This document shows, one piece after another, positions 1 through 10,897 of a stretch of DNA of 64,000 nucleotides. A program made the translations under genes and the position numbers. Each line of letters starts with the position of its first letter. Position 1 is the stretch's first letter. The DNA is from a virus: the IMG/VR virus record IMGVR_UViG_3300045988_112808; one strand, written 5' to 3'. A model generated the notes under the pieces. That model was given only the letters and a program-made list of their open reading frames with translations. It was not told the origin of the DNA and made no database searches.

Positions 1-11
1 AACTTATCAAT

Positions 12-3000
12 ATGGCATCTGAGGGAAGTTACAAAGCTGCGTTAAACACTAACATGGATAAGTTTGTAGGTGATCTTGACCAGCAAATAGACATGCTTCT
101 TCCCCATTATTACAAGAAAGAGGTAGAAGATTATAATTTCGGTCAGAAGCTTTTTAAGGATACCGGTAATTTCTTATGGAATGACGTCCTTGGTAATGGT
201 ATGTCTTTTACCGTAGGAGCCATGATATCAGCGTACATGACCGGAGGACTTGGGGTTGGATCATTGGGCAATATAGGCGCTAAATTAGGTGGAAGAATCG
301 GAGCTAAGTTGGCAGCAAGGCAAGCTGCCAATAGGGGCATAGGAAACCTTAAAAGCGTGTTTAACGACTATGTAAGAAAAGGAGTTGCCACCGGAAGAAA
401 TGTAGGGGAGGCGGCTAAGACCATGACGTTGCTGGCTACCAGTGCCGGATTCGAGTCATCGGTTGAAGCAAATTCTTTTATGAAGCAATCCGAGTCTGAT
501 TTCAAGGATTATTATCGTAAGATTTATGGTCGTGATCCCAATGCAGAGGAAATGGCTGTTTTTCGTAATTCTAATGCTGATGTAGGTAGTGCTATATTTG
601 CCGCCAATATGGGTATAGTAGGATTATCCAACTGGCTTCTTTTTGGTAAGTATATAGGGTTAGGAGGCAAGGCTATACCTGGTTTGGAAAAGAAGCTCAA
701 CAAGCATTTATTTGGATTAGGGACGGAAGTTGCGAAGCCGGGAGAGATGGCTATTAAAATAACCAATCCCAATATAGGACAGAAGATAGCAGGCAATGTT
801 TTCAATATCATGAAAAGACCGGTATCTGAAGGATTATGGGAAGAAGGATCTCAAGGTGCTGTCCAGAATACGGCTGAGGAATATGTTAAGTCAAGATATG
901 ACAATGTTGCTATGAACGGGGCCGTTGATGTTCTTGATGCTATTTCTGAAGGATTTAAAAAACAATATACGTCTAAAGAAGGATGGACTGAAATAGGAAT
1001 CGGTGCTATTATCGGTTCTTTGTTTGGTATGAGGGAAGGCCTCTTTGGAGTGAAAGAGTATAGTAATAATCAGATATTGCTGGAAAGGCAAGTAAATGAA
1101 TATAACAAAGCATCTTCTAATCTTAATACGGCGGCTTTGAATACGTTGAAAAAGTCAATGAGTTTAGGGCCTCAAGTTCGTTCCGATGCTCAGTCTATGA
1201 CCGGCAAGGAGCTTGATGATGCAATGTTTGAAAAGATGTCGATTGACAACCAAATGGGAACCTTAGAGGATTCGGCTGAAAATTTCAGGCAGATGGTTGA
1301 TATGATGCCTATTTCGGAAATAGCCGAAGCCAACGGAATGTCTTTGGAAGAGGCAAAGAAATACAAGGATTCTATTATTGATAATTATAATAATCGTCTT
1401 TCGGATTTCAGATCTGCCCAGAGTTTTGCCGAAGATCTTATAGGTGATGATTCTAAGATTGAGTTTAGAAAATACGTGGCTCGTAATGCTTTTCTTGGTC
1501 TTCAATCGGAATCAAGAATGAAAGACATAGCTTCTGTCATAGAAACGCTTTCGGGTCAGCCTCGCGTGGCATATGCACTAAGTACGTTCTCCCGGCTGTC
1601 GGACAGGGCAAGGGAGCGGGCGATGGCTATCCGTGGCATACGGTCAAGGATAGAAGAGCTTGAATCCGAAATAGAAGATCTTGCTACTCGTCCTCGTAAC
1701 GTAGATGGAAAAGACCCACAAGCTGAATCCATACAACGAAAAACCAAAGAATTGGAAGATCTTAGAACCAATTATAACAATTCGTTGTCTGAGTTATCAA
1801 CGTTAATAGGAAAAGAGTTTTCGATAGAAGAGTTGGTAAGTAAAACCGAATCTGTTTTATCATCGCCTCTTTCTCCCATAAGTTCACAAGATGTAATAGA
1901 AGCCTATGATACGCTTGTGGCTTTTGATGATTATTTTAATGTAAAATCAAGACAGGAAAAGAAGTTTACAGCCAAAGACAAAGCCATGAGATCCTTGGTA
2001 AATGAATACCGAAGGAGTTTGATGGACTATAGGAATATGAATAACTTCTTGTCTAAGATGCTTGATAAAAGATTCTTAGCTGAGGAAAACAGGGGATTTT
2101 CAAAAGCGCTGTCTTCTCTATGGTCTACTCCTTATAAGGGGGATGATAAGGTTCCTGATTTTGCAGAGCCTAATAAAGTTGGTGAATATGACACTGATGA
2201 GGTAGTAGATCAAGCTGTGTCAGAAGGTAAGATTTCGGAAGACGAAGCTTGGACTATCAAGGCTTTTATGCATGCTCTTGATAAAGTAAGGGAAGATAGG
2301 ATGAAGGAAGCAGAAGACGATATAAAAGAGTCACCGCTTACGGAGTCTGTATCGGATGAAGATTATGAGGCTGCTATGGATAATCCTATTATGGTTCCGG
2401 TTGTAAGGCAGTCTATAATTGATAAACTATATACAGGTAATGCCGATCTTCTTACTGCGAGAGAAAAAGATGTGTATGATAAATACAAACAAGATTTTGA
2501 TGATTATGTATCGTCTTTAGGTGATAGTCCTGTTAATCTCATTAAATCATTATCTGAAAAGGCTGACAGGCTTACAAGTCCGAGATCAGTATATGAGGAA
2601 AATAAAGCTATTATTGATATGGCTAAGTCTAATTTGGAGCCAGATCAAAGAAAGGAGCTTGATGATGCTATTTCTTCGTATGTTGATATAATGAACAGAC
2701 GGGATAAAGGGGAGAAGGTTGACGAAGATAAGCTTGCCGATTCGGTATTTACCATAGAAGATCTTGGCCAAGTTGGAAACATCACAGATCTCCTTCCTTA
2801 TATCGAACAAAACAGGATTATTGATAAAGGTCGTATTTCCGAATCTACGTTAAGTAATTTTGGGGAGGATGATGCTAATATAGATTCTCTTGTAAATGAG
2901 TTAGACGAATCTGATAATACACCTGGAGCTAACATAGATAGTGCCCAGAATCCAGAGACGTTGATGGTAAGAAGAATCTCCAATGATGGCAATGAAAGGT

Positions 3001-6000
3001 ATGAAATTGCAGGTCTTAGAGCTGATAAATTTATATCTTCTATAAAATCATTGGTTCCTATTCAAATAAGCTCTGAAACGAACGCTAATGGTACTAAAAG
3101 GTATTCTCTTAACATAGGTGGAGAAACGGCTACTATAATTGAACTGCCTTATCATGCGAGATGGTCTATAGACAAAGAATCGGCTCGTGTTCTTAACCGT
3201 TACACAGACGTGTCTATTCAGGACGTGGGTAATTCCTATTCTTTGGTTTATAAGCGTCTTGATTCAGATGAGTTGGTTCCGTACAGAACAGGTGTCGGAT
3301 TTGGAGAGAATGAGGTAGATAAAATAGATCAGGAAGCATTATCTTCTTTGAAAAAAGGAGATAAGGTTAATCTCGAAATAGATGTAAATGATACCTATAA
3401 TCAGTCTCTTTTTGCCGAATACAATGATGCTGTTCAGTCCGGAGATAAAAAAAGAATAGAATCTGCTGAAAATAAACTGGTATCCAATATGGTTATCAAG
3501 GTCATGAGTGGAAACAGATTCGTTTCTGTTGTAAAAGCTGACACAGGGGGCATAGATGGTATAAGTAAGATAAGAAGAGCGGCTTTCAACAAGTGGAAGA
3601 AGGACGCCGGCCGGTCGGCTACCATCGGCGTCGGCACGCATGTTGTTGCCCAGACCCTTCCCGGAAGACCGGTGTTTAACATGAAGGTAAACGGTCAAGG
3701 ATATGGCCAGGTAGAAAATCTCCCCATTACCGAAAAAGGTGCTGAAAAAGTATCTGATGTCGGATATGTATTAAATGGCAAAGTCGTGCTTAAGAACGGA
3801 TCTAAATACACAGGCTTCCCATTTGCTTATTCTATATTAAATGACAAGGGGAATAATTACAAAAATGTAAGAGTTCCGGTAGTTGTCATCAAAGGTAAAA
3901 ACGGTCTTAATTATCTTTTCCCAGTTAGTCTACGTTCTGTAGAATCAGAGGAAGGGCAGAAATGGATGTCTTTTATAGATATGCTACTTGAATCTGGTGA
4001 TTCTGAATTGCTACAGATGGGTCAAGATGATATACAAGATCTTAATGCGTATCTAACCAAGTTAGGTCTTGATCCGGCTTCGTATCAAGTATCGTATTTG
4101 AATCCTATTTCAGGTCTTAGAAAAGCTCGTGAGGCTATAGAAGAATTATCTACAGTTCCTGATGTTGTTAAGTGGGTAGAAGATGGAAGTAGGAGCGTGA
4201 AAGACATTGTGACGTCTGAAGTAGAATCTGGAATAGATTTCGAAGGTGAGATGTTTGTTGCTCCTAAGATCAGGATCCAGTTTGGTAAATCATCTTCAAG
4301 ACCTAAATCACTTATAGAGGATGATCTTCCTTTCTCTGATGAGGGTAAGACCGTTACTTCTAAGGAAGACGTGGAAGTTTATGAAGAGGAAATGCCAGAG
4401 GAAGGGGCTGCCCGGGAGACTCAGCCGGCGCCATTAGCTCAGCCGGCTCCTGCGGCACAAGATGCGCAGTCTTTACCTGGCAAGAAGCGTACCTCCAGGA
4501 AAAACTTCTCTCTTATGTTAAACGAAATAGAATCTCATATAGAAAAAGAGGGATTGCCGCCTTATGCTAATATTTTTGATTTTATAGCAAGGAAGATTGT
4601 AGGAGGTGATTTGAGGTTTCTTCGTGAGAGAGGTAATCCTAAAAGCCTTAAGGAGGAAATGGGATTAGAACCTAAAGGAACAGTAGGTGATAAAATATCC
4701 ACTCCTTCCGGTAAAGGTGGTAAGACTTTAGAAGAATACGTTTCTTGGCTTCGTTCTCAAACAGATCAGGTAGTCGAGGATTATGTTGGGCCAAGATCTG
4801 ACGAACAAATTATATCAGAGTTGAAAAACTTTTTGAAATATATTAATTTTGTTCCAAGCAAGGCTTTGAATTATTCTCTTAGAGTCAATGGCATGGATAC
4901 CCTAAAAGAATATGGCACAAAAGAGGAAGTAGAAAAAATGGAATCTGATATCAATAGTTTGGTTTCTAAAGTTTTGCCTACGATGGACAACCAAACTATA
5001 GAAGATGTTTCTACTGTAATAAAATCAAACAACTTGCCCGCCATATGGGGGCCCGTGGAAAGCCTTGATATGACAAACGAGGAAAAAATAGAGTTTTTGA
5101 ATAACGTAGCAGATTTCCTTAGCGGCATACCAGAGTATGATGCTGTCGTGGAGTCTATAGAGTCAGAATCAGATAATATTTTAAATGATGGAAAAGAAGG
5201 AAGTGCAGAAGGCGGTGCAGTACGCACTGAGGAAGATGGCGATAAAAAGGGAGATGGAGAAGGCAAAGGACAATCCAGAACAAATGTCGAAGTTGAAAGA
5301 AATGTCGAATTACCTGGATCTGAAGAAGGAAGAGTAGATAACTATAGGAAGAACGGAGATAAGTTCTCTGACATTGCTGAAGTTACTTTATGGCTACTTA
5401 GAAGGGCTGCCGGCATAACCTCTATCCCGGAAGGAGAAGAGGCTTATGTAGAGGGAGATGAGGTTAATAGTATTATGACCGATATGGAATCAAGGTATGG
5501 TATAGACACCATCAATCACTCGCATACGACTAAGGCTATAAGGGATCTTAACGGCGTATCAGGTTATAAAGTAGAATACGGCTTAACCTTTTTGACATAC
5601 GATCCTTTTATTAGAATATCCAATCTAAGGAAAGGATCTAAGGCTGCGAAAGACGAACCTCGTATATCCGAAGAGTCGCTTACTCACATATCAAGGGTGA
5701 CAACCCCTTATTTCCTGTACGGCGGCGATGAAGCATATACATCTGTTCCGGCTAAGGTAGAACCTATACCGGAGAAGATAATGGGTCGTAATGGCATTAA
5801 ATTTGGTATGAGTGTAGTCGAGTTAACCAAATTAGGGTACAAAAAAGCTGGTGGAAACTGGATATATAAATTCTATATGAACTCAGGTGTGTATGATTTG
5901 TATAATATCAGTACCGGTGAAGCGTTTAGGGCAAAACCGGATCTTGGAGTTAAGATAAGTTCCAGTGCATTCATCCGCTCTTTATCTCAATCTGGTAGAA

Positions 6001-6113
6001 AAATACAAAATATGATGAGTAACATGAGTCAGGAAGAGATAGATAGGAATAAGAATCTTGTAGAAGGTTCTGATAATTCGGATTCGATAAATGAGTTAAA
6101 TAAAGAGTGTTGA
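12..6113 (+). CDS. giant hypothetical protein (2033 aa), possibly virion/tail-associated; frame is open to window start so true 5' end may lie upstream
   Basis: uninterrupted 6.1-kb ORF; Gly-rich N-terminal segment; no recognisable catalytic motif. Confidence 0.8.
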   Translation: MASEGSYKAALNTNMDKFVGDLDQQIDMLLPHYYKKEVEDYNFGQKLFKDTGNFLWNDVLGNGMSFTVGAMISAYMTGGLGVGSLGNIGAKLGGRIGAKLAARQAANRGIGNLKSVFNDYVRKGVATGRNVGEAAKTMTLLATSAGFESSVEANSFMKQSESDFKDYYRKIYGRDPNAEEMAVFRNSNADVGSAIFAANMGIVGLSNWLLFGKYIGLGGKAIPGLEKKLNKHLFGLGTEVAKPGEMAIKITNPNIGQKIAGNVFNIMKRPVSEGLWEEGSQGAVQNTAEEYVKSRYDNVAMNGAVDVLDAISEGFKKQYTSKEGWTEIGIGAIIGSLFGMREGLFGVKEYSNNQILLERQVNEYNKASSNLNTAALNTLKKSMSLGPQVRSDAQSMTGKELDDAMFEKMSIDNQMGTLEDSAENFRQMVDMMPISEIAEANGMSLEEAKKYKDSIIDNYNNRLSDFRSAQSFAEDLIGDDSKIEFRKYVARNAFLGLQSESRMKDIASVIETLSGQPRVAYALSTFSRLSDRARERAMAIRGIRSRIEELESEIEDLATRPRNVDGKDPQAESIQRKTKELEDLRTNYNNSLSELSTLIGKEFSIEELVSKTESVLSSPLSPISSQDVIEAYDTLVAFDDYFNVKSRQEKKFTAKDKAMRSLVNEYRRSLMDYRNMNNFLSKMLDKRFLAEENRGFSKALSSLWSTPYKGDDKVPDFAEPNKVGEYDTDEVVDQAVSEGKISEDEAWTIKAFMHALDKVREDRMKEAEDDIKESPLTESVSDEDYEAAMDNPIMVPVVRQSIIDKLYTGNADLLTAREKDVYDKYKQDFDDYVSSLGDSPVNLIKSLSEKADRLTSPRSVYEENKAIIDMAKSNLEPDQRKELDDAISSYVDIMNRRDKGEKVDEDKLADSVFTIEDLGQVGNITDLLPYIEQNRIIDKGRISESTLSNFGEDDANIDSLVNELDESDNTPGANIDSAQNPETLMVRRISNDGNERYEIAGLRADKFISSIKSLVPIQISSETNANGTKRYSLNIGGETATIIELPYHARWSIDKESARVLNRYTDVSIQDVGNSYSLVYKRLDSDELVPYRTGVGFGENEVDKIDQEALSSLKKGDKVNLEIDVNDTYNQSLFAEYNDAVQSGDKKRIESAENKLVSNMVIKVMSGNRFVSVVKADTGGIDGISKIRRAAFNKWKKDAGRSATIGVGTHVVAQTLPGRPVFNMKVNGQGYGQVENLPITEKGAEKVSDVGYVLNGKVVLKNGSKYTGFPFAYSILNDKGNNYKNVRVPVVVIKGKNGLNYLFPVSLRSVESEEGQKWMSFIDMLLESGDSELLQMGQDDIQDLNAYLTKLGLDPASYQVSYLNPISGLRKAREAIEELSTVPDVVKWVEDGSRSVKDIVTSEVESGIDFEGEMFVAPKIRIQFGKSSSRPKSLIEDDLPFSDEGKTVTSKEDVEVYEEEMPEEGAARETQPAPLAQPAPAAQDAQSLPGKKRTSRKNFSLMLNEIESHIEKEGLPPYANIFDFIARKIVGGDLRFLRERGNPKSLKEEMGLEPKGTVGDKISTPSGKGGKTLEEYVSWLRSQTDQVVEDYVGPRSDEQIISELKNFLKYINFVPSKALNYSLRVNGMDTLKEYGTKEEVEKMESDINSLVSKVLPTMDNQTIEDVSTVIKSNNLPAIWGPVESLDMTNEEKIEFLNNVADFLSGIPEYDAVVESIESESDNILNDGKEGSAEGGAVRTEEDGDKKGDGEGKGQSRTNVEVERNVELPGSEEGRVDNYRKNGDKFSDIAEVTLWLLRRAAGITSIPEGEEAYVEGDEVNSIMTDMESRYGIDTINHSHTTKAIRDLNGVSGYKVEYGLTFLTYDPFIRISNLRKGSKAAKDEPRISEESLTHISRVTTPYFLYGGDEAYTSVPAKVEPIPEKIMGRNGIKFGMSVVELTKLGYKKAGGNWIYKFYMNSGVYDLYNISTGEAFRAKPDLGVKISSSAFIRSLSQSGRKIQNMMSNMSQEEIDRNKNLVEGSDNSDSINELNKEC

Positions 6114-6115
6114 GT

Positions 6116-6646
6116 ATGAGAAGGAGATTTTTTAATGCTGCGGATAATTTCGTGGGAGGATGTTATAATAAGTTATCTAATGAGGATATAAAAAGGCTTG
6201 GAGGGAAAAGACCTTATGTATGTCAGTTTAATAAAATTCATGTACATATAGGACCTGTGTTAAAAGATCATGATTCTGATGTTAGTTACATAATGTTTAA
6301 TAGTTATTGGAATCAGGGTGGTTATGAATCTATGGTTTATAATCATAGCAATAATGGTATTTTTATATTAGGTGAAAACAAAATTGGTAACATAGAAGAT
6401 CATATACAAGATCTAACATATTGGTACGAATATGATCCAAGCATTAATGAAAATTATTGTTATTTTTATTATGAGGCTAATAACAGCGGAAATGCTATCA
6501 AGTTGAATGGTGAGTTTGGTGAGACCAGTACTGTTTTCAACATTCCCAGCTTGGAAGTCACCACTCTTCGTGATGGCAGTTTGAGTTTTCCGGAGATTTA
6601 TATAGAAGGAATTTGGGATCCGTCATTGTATAAGTCGGTTTTATAA
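6116..6646 (+). CDS. hypothetical protein, MRRRF-N-terminus family member 1 (ATG at 6116 preferred over GTG at 6107)
   Basis: ORF starts 2 nt after giant ORF stop; N-terminus MRRRF shared with 20542 and 21164 genes. Confidence 0.65.
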   Translation: MRRRFFNAADNFVGGCYNKLSNEDIKRLGGKRPYVCQFNKIHVHIGPVLKDHDSDVSYIMFNSYWNQGGYESMVYNHSNNGIFILGENKIGNIEDHIQDLTYWYEYDPSINENYCYFYYEANNSGNAIKLNGEFGETSTVFNIPSLEVTTLRDGSLSFPEIYIEGIWDPSLYKSVL

Positions 6647-6670
6647 TTAACTTTGCAAAAAAGTTAATTA
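6644..6670. promoter_or_regulatory. 10-bp AT-rich inverted repeat (TAATTAACTT/AAGTTAATTA) containing TAACTTTG -7-like promoter element
   Basis: perfect palindrome between 6107 and 6673 genes; TAnnTTTG at 6648-6655, 18 nt before ATG. Confidence 0.35.
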
Positions 6671-6672
6671 CA

Positions 6673-8928
6673 ATGGGTGTCAAATGTCAGATAGAAAAAA
6701 AGGAAAATGAAATAAAACGGGTTAAGGCTCCTAACGGGGAGCCTTCCGTTCTTTACGAAAGTGCCTTAAAATTATTAGGAAACAGCGAGCGGGCTCTTCA
6801 GGTATGGGCTAAGGCTTACACTCTTGGTTTTTTGTCGTATTACGGTCATTGGAATAACCCGGCTCCAGGGGAGATGTTTAACACCGATCCCAATGGCGAA
6901 CCTCTTTTAGAAGACGTGCTGTCGTATATGAAGCGTCAGGCTTATTTTTCCGATCCCTTAACGGCTCAGGATGTTAAGGATGTAAGAGATGTTATGATAT
7001 CCAATTCCATATATAGCATACGATCTCTTATTAATAGAGTTAGAGGCTCTTTTTATGTGGATGGTAATCTTATCCTAAATGAAGAAAATCTAAGGAGATC
7101 CGGCTTGTACAATGAGACAGAGATAAGTAGGATATTAGATAATCCTTCTGTACTTAATGAGGTCAGCTCTTTTATGAGGTTATTATTAGATTATTCCAAT
7201 AACGAACACGATCTCGGGAAAGAGTCTTACTTCACAACCGTAGAAAAACCATACGGTCCTGTTGTGTATAAAAATGGCGTCTTCAATAAATTAGGAAAGA
7301 GAGCATCATATAATCCGGCTGAAGTTTACGAGGTTATAAAAAATACAGTAGGAGGTATTAGTGTTGCTTCAGAGTTTGATGCTGCTTTCGAATCTTTATC
7401 TGATTCATATCCGGAGTTAGTTGAAAGATATCAGTCGGATAAGAGTTTTGCCTTGTCGCTGTTCAACGAATTTTCGAATATGAACATCGTTCCGGTTGTG
7501 GCTTTAGAAGATAATAATATCGTAGAAGGGAAGAGACGGTCATTGTCAAAGTTGCAAGATTATGCTTATTATAGCCCTATTAATGCTGAGTCATTACGGG
7601 CTCGTATATCAGCCTTTCTAAATAGGGTTAATGCTGATACAGAAGAAGACCTTAGAAGTATGATATGGGACGTAGAAGAGGCTTGTGTAGGTCTTGGTAT
7701 AGATATCGTAGGGGCGTCTAAAGCATACGACGGAACAGAAGAATCGCTGAATAAAATTGATAGCTTGATGTTGGATCTCGATATTTATGTAGCAAGGCAC
7801 AACGATGACACTTATGCTCCTACCTTAGCTTCTGCTATTGATAATGTTCTTGGAGATAGCAGGGATCGCCGTGTTATGTTTCTGCCAGAGTATATGGATA
7901 ATATGAATATCGTTTATATGGAATCTGACATAGATCCGGTATCGGCATTTGAAAATCATTCTCTGCTTTATCTTGGTGGAAACCTATATCATAAGGTAGA
8001 AAGAGATAATTTAGGTGATTTGTACGATATAGCTGCCGAGCTTGCCAAGCGGAGTCTAACTTATTTCCCACCTGGTATCTATCCTGAATATTGTTTTAAG
8101 GATGGTGTTTTAGATAAGCGCCGCGTGGAAAACGTAGATAGTAAGGTCCTTGCTGATTCTATTAAAAAATACATCCTGTCTTATACCGATTCTCAGAATA
8201 CGGAAGAGATGAATGCTACCAGATTGGCGTTCGGTCATCTTGTTATTCCTGAAAGTCCGTATGTTAATGAAGAACGGGAGTTTAGCCGATACATAAACAG
8301 AAAGCAGGACAAAGAGAATCCTTTACTCTTATTCGATTTATACCAATCTTATCTTGAAAATAAGCTTCATAATACGGAAGTGTATGAAGGGGCATACAAG
8401 TATCTTGATTTCAAACCGGATCATTTGCTGGGTCTTACCGTTTCAGATCCGGATACGTTAAAACAAATTGAACTATCTTTGGCAGGTAATGATCGTGAGC
8501 AGTTATTTGAGTATAGCATGAGCAGCACCGATCCTTCTTTTACAGATCTGTTCTATTTGGATTATTATGATATGTTATATGCCGGTTCTGATTTCTATCA
8601 CGATCTTTTTACAAAACATCCTAATCTCTTAAATGAGGTTCGGGGTCATAACATAACTAATCAGGATGATAATGTTATCGTAGAAGGTTTGTATGATAAT
8701 TTTATCAGAATAGGAAACATAGTGTTCACTAAAGTCGGCGAAAGTAGTTCCGGCTCTATCTACCAAAATCTGACAGGAACCGAATCGGAGGTGAAATACG
8801 ATTCTACTCAGAAGGCTAAGACGGTAGAAACCGATTACGCTCCATACCAAAACAGATCTGGCTTGACGCAAGATATGATCGTAAGCAAGTCTGAATTGGA
8901 TGATCTTAACAAATTAGAATGCAAATAA
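6673..8928 (+). CDS. hypothetical protein (751 aa)
   Basis: long ORF, no recognised motif. Confidence 0.75.
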   Translation: MGVKCQIEKKENEIKRVKAPNGEPSVLYESALKLLGNSERALQVWAKAYTLGFLSYYGHWNNPAPGEMFNTDPNGEPLLEDVLSYMKRQAYFSDPLTAQDVKDVRDVMISNSIYSIRSLINRVRGSFYVDGNLILNEENLRRSGLYNETEISRILDNPSVLNEVSSFMRLLLDYSNNEHDLGKESYFTTVEKPYGPVVYKNGVFNKLGKRASYNPAEVYEVIKNTVGGISVASEFDAAFESLSDSYPELVERYQSDKSFALSLFNEFSNMNIVPVVALEDNNIVEGKRRSLSKLQDYAYYSPINAESLRARISAFLNRVNADTEEDLRSMIWDVEEACVGLGIDIVGASKAYDGTEESLNKIDSLMLDLDIYVARHNDDTYAPTLASAIDNVLGDSRDRRVMFLPEYMDNMNIVYMESDIDPVSAFENHSLLYLGGNLYHKVERDNLGDLYDIAAELAKRSLTYFPPGIYPEYCFKDGVLDKRRVENVDSKVLADSIKKYILSYTDSQNTEEMNATRLAFGHLVIPESPYVNEEREFSRYINRKQDKENPLLLFDLYQSYLENKLHNTEVYEGAYKYLDFKPDHLLGLTVSDPDTLKQIELSLAGNDREQLFEYSMSSTDPSFTDLFYLDYYDMLYAGSDFYHDLFTKHPNLLNEVRGHNITNQDDNVIVEGLYDNFIRIGNIVFTKVGESSSGSIYQNLTGTESEVKYDSTQKAKTVETDYAPYQNRSGLTQDMIVSKSELDDLNKLECK

Positions 8929-9068
8929 TTTTTGTACACATATATAGTTTTTTTATAATTACAATTTGGGAAGTGGGGCTTGTGAAAGTCTCACTTTTCT
9001 TATATATGCACGTATATCAATAACATACAAGAAAAGTTAGATTTTCATTGTTTATGAATTATTTTTGT

Positions 9069-9076
9069 TAAGTTTG
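9069..9076 (+). promoter_or_regulatory. TAAGTTTG -7-like promoter element (Bacteroidota type)
   Basis: perfect TAnnTTTG in intergenic region upstream of 9151 gene. Confidence 0.3.
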
Positions 9077-9150
9077 CAATATTAGTTTCAGGAAGGGATT
9101 ATGGAAATAAGGAAAAAGTAAGAACCGAACGTAACTAATAACAGTAGGAA

Positions 9151-9348
9151 ATGAGAATCAGTACCATCAAACGTAACAACAGCATTCATCTTATGTATAA
9201 AAACATTATGAATGATTTAGGTCAATTAAGAACTGTAGTTTCAAAATCCTATATTTATAATCTGATACAAAATCAAACCGGATTAAGTATCAGAACTATA
9301 TCCCATGTCTTGAATCACACAAAAGAACAGGATACAGATTCTTTGTGA
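9151..9348 (+). CDS. small helix-turn-helix DNA-binding protein
   Basis: motif TGLSIRTISHVLN resembles LacI/Xre-type HTH recognition helix. Confidence 0.5.
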   Translation: MRISTIKRNNSIHLMYKNIMNDLGQLRTVVSKSYIYNLIQNQTGLSIRTISHVLNHTKEQDTDSL

Positions 9349-9431
9349 AAGGCATACATTTTCCTACATTTGTGTGTTCTTTAGTTTTTAGATTTAAGTT
9401 TTTCATGGTATTAGTTTAGATTAGTGTAGAT

Positions 9432-9470
9432 CAGGGCTCGCAGTGATGCGGGCCCTGGTTTGATTTAAAA
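9432..9470 (+). terminator. intrinsic terminator
   Basis: CAGGGCTCGC/GCGGGCCCTG 10-bp stem then TTTGATTT. Confidence 0.6.
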
Positions 9471-9635
9471 AGTATTAAAATATTTGCTATTTAAAATCCT
9501 GTTCCTATCTTTGCTCCAGAAACAATGAACAACGAGATCCCACCTCTGGTTGTTTGATGTTGAAAGATATTTTTGGCTCATTAGGGTTTGTCATAGTGGG
9601 ATCTGACATTCTCTTTTGGGCCTATTTTTTTTATC

Positions 9636-10202
9636 ATGGATAAAGTTTCTGTTTTTGAAAGTTCGGATTTTGGAGAGCTTAGAATTATTGTAGATCCAAA
9701 AGGAGATGTTTGGTTTGTGGCGTCAGATGTGGCTAAATCTCTTGGATATATAAATGCTAAAGATGCGGTAAAAAGACATGTAGATGATGATGATTCTATG
9801 CTTTTGCAAGTATCTGATAATCAATGGGGCGTAAAACGATCTATATTGAAAACCAGATATATAGATAGTATAAGAATAATTAATGAATCTGGTTTATATT
9901 CTCTTATATTATCTTCAAAATTAGAGTCTGCTAAGAGATTTAAGAAATGGGTAACATCTGAGGTTCTTCCTTCTATTCGTAAAACAGGAGAATATAAAAC
10001 AAGTTCCGGTGGAAAGGGAATTTTGGTCCCTGACTTTTCTAATCCGGCAGATGCAGCAAGAGCCTGGGCTGATCAATATGAAGCTGCTCAAAAAGCTATA
10101 GCCGAAAAGTCGCAGGCAGAGGCAGAAGCCGGCGTTCTGATGGGACGTACATGGGGTACGGTGGTGGTATTTACGACCATTACGGTATGCATGAGAAGAT
10201 GA
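9636..10202 (+). CDS. Bro-N domain protein (phage antirepressor-like)
   Basis: N-terminal Bro-N signature (FGELRIIVDPKGDVWFVASDVAKSLGY...HVDDDD). Confidence 0.75.
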   Translation: MDKVSVFESSDFGELRIIVDPKGDVWFVASDVAKSLGYINAKDAVKRHVDDDDSMLLQVSDNQWGVKRSILKTRYIDSIRIINESGLYSLILSSKLESAKRFKKWVTSEVLPSIRKTGEYKTSSGGKGILVPDFSNPADAARAWADQYEAAQKAIAEKSQAEAEAGVLMGRTWGTVVVFTTITVCMRR

Positions 10203-10408
10203 AGGAAATGGAAGAGCGAGAAAACGAGCTGGAAGAAAGGGAAAGAAGGCTCGAAGAGCGCGAACGTCGTCATGAAATGGAAGACCGGGAATACCGGAGG
10301 ATGGGTTACGAATCCTACCCGACCGATTACTATGGAGACGACAGATACTACGGTGACGGACCTCAGATGCGCAGAGGTCGCGGACGTGGCAGAGGTCGTT
10401 CTTATTGA
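10151..10408 (+). CDS. low-complexity Glu/Arg- and Tyr/Gly-rich protein with RGRGRGRG tail; overlaps Bro gene 3' end in -1 frame
   Basis: ORF with ER-repeat coiled-coil and RG repeats. Confidence 0.45.
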   Translation: MGYGGGIYDHYGMHEKMKEMEERENELEERERRLEERERRHEMEDREYRRMGYESYPTDYYGDDRYYGDGPQMRRGRGRGRGRSY

Positions 10409-10501
10409 GGAGCAGACGCAGAGGATCCAGCTTATCAGAAATATGTAGATACTTACGGCTACCATTTTTCTAATGCTCTCGCTGATGAGGCGGTAAAGAA
10501 G

Positions 10502-10795
10502 ATGGTCAACGTCGATGGATCCAAGAGGATCTGGAAGCAGCCGGAAATAAAAGATATTTTTGAAAAGTGCGGAGCGAAGAAGCCGGATAAAGCGACATGG
10601 GGCGATGTCCAATATGTCTTTGCAATGTACTATTCGGATGGTTTTCCGAAGGTCTTCAAATGTGAGAACGAGTTGGTGAAAGCTACGTTAATGTATTTGG
10701 ATGATCCGGATGCTCCCGAAGGAGTAGCCTTTATAAGATGGCTTGCCGTGCAAGATTACCTCGGCGAAAAAATAAACTGGAAGGATCTGACCTGA
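10502..10795 (+). CDS. hypothetical protein; same frame as 10151 ORF and open upstream to the TGA at 10406
   Basis: ORF track; 31 sense codons between TGA and ATG. Confidence 0.55.
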   Translation: MVNVDGSKRIWKQPEIKDIFEKCGAKKPDKATWGDVQYVFAMYYSDGFPKVFKCENELVKATLMYLDDPDAPEGVAFIRWLAVQDYLGEKINWKDLT

Positions 10796-10897
10796 GATCC
10801 AGACCCAGGTCCTTCCGGTGGTGCGGGAGCCATAGTAAAAAATATGATTCCCGCATTCCCGTTTTTCCCGTTTGGAAAAAAAGAATAAAAATGTTAT

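Noticed and set aside
10140-10155. Programmed -1 ribosomal frameshift joining Bro-N and RG-rich ORFs
   Set aside because: No X XXY YYZ slippery heptamer at the junction; a sequencing indel or independent overlapping gene is equally likely, so it is reported only as an observation.
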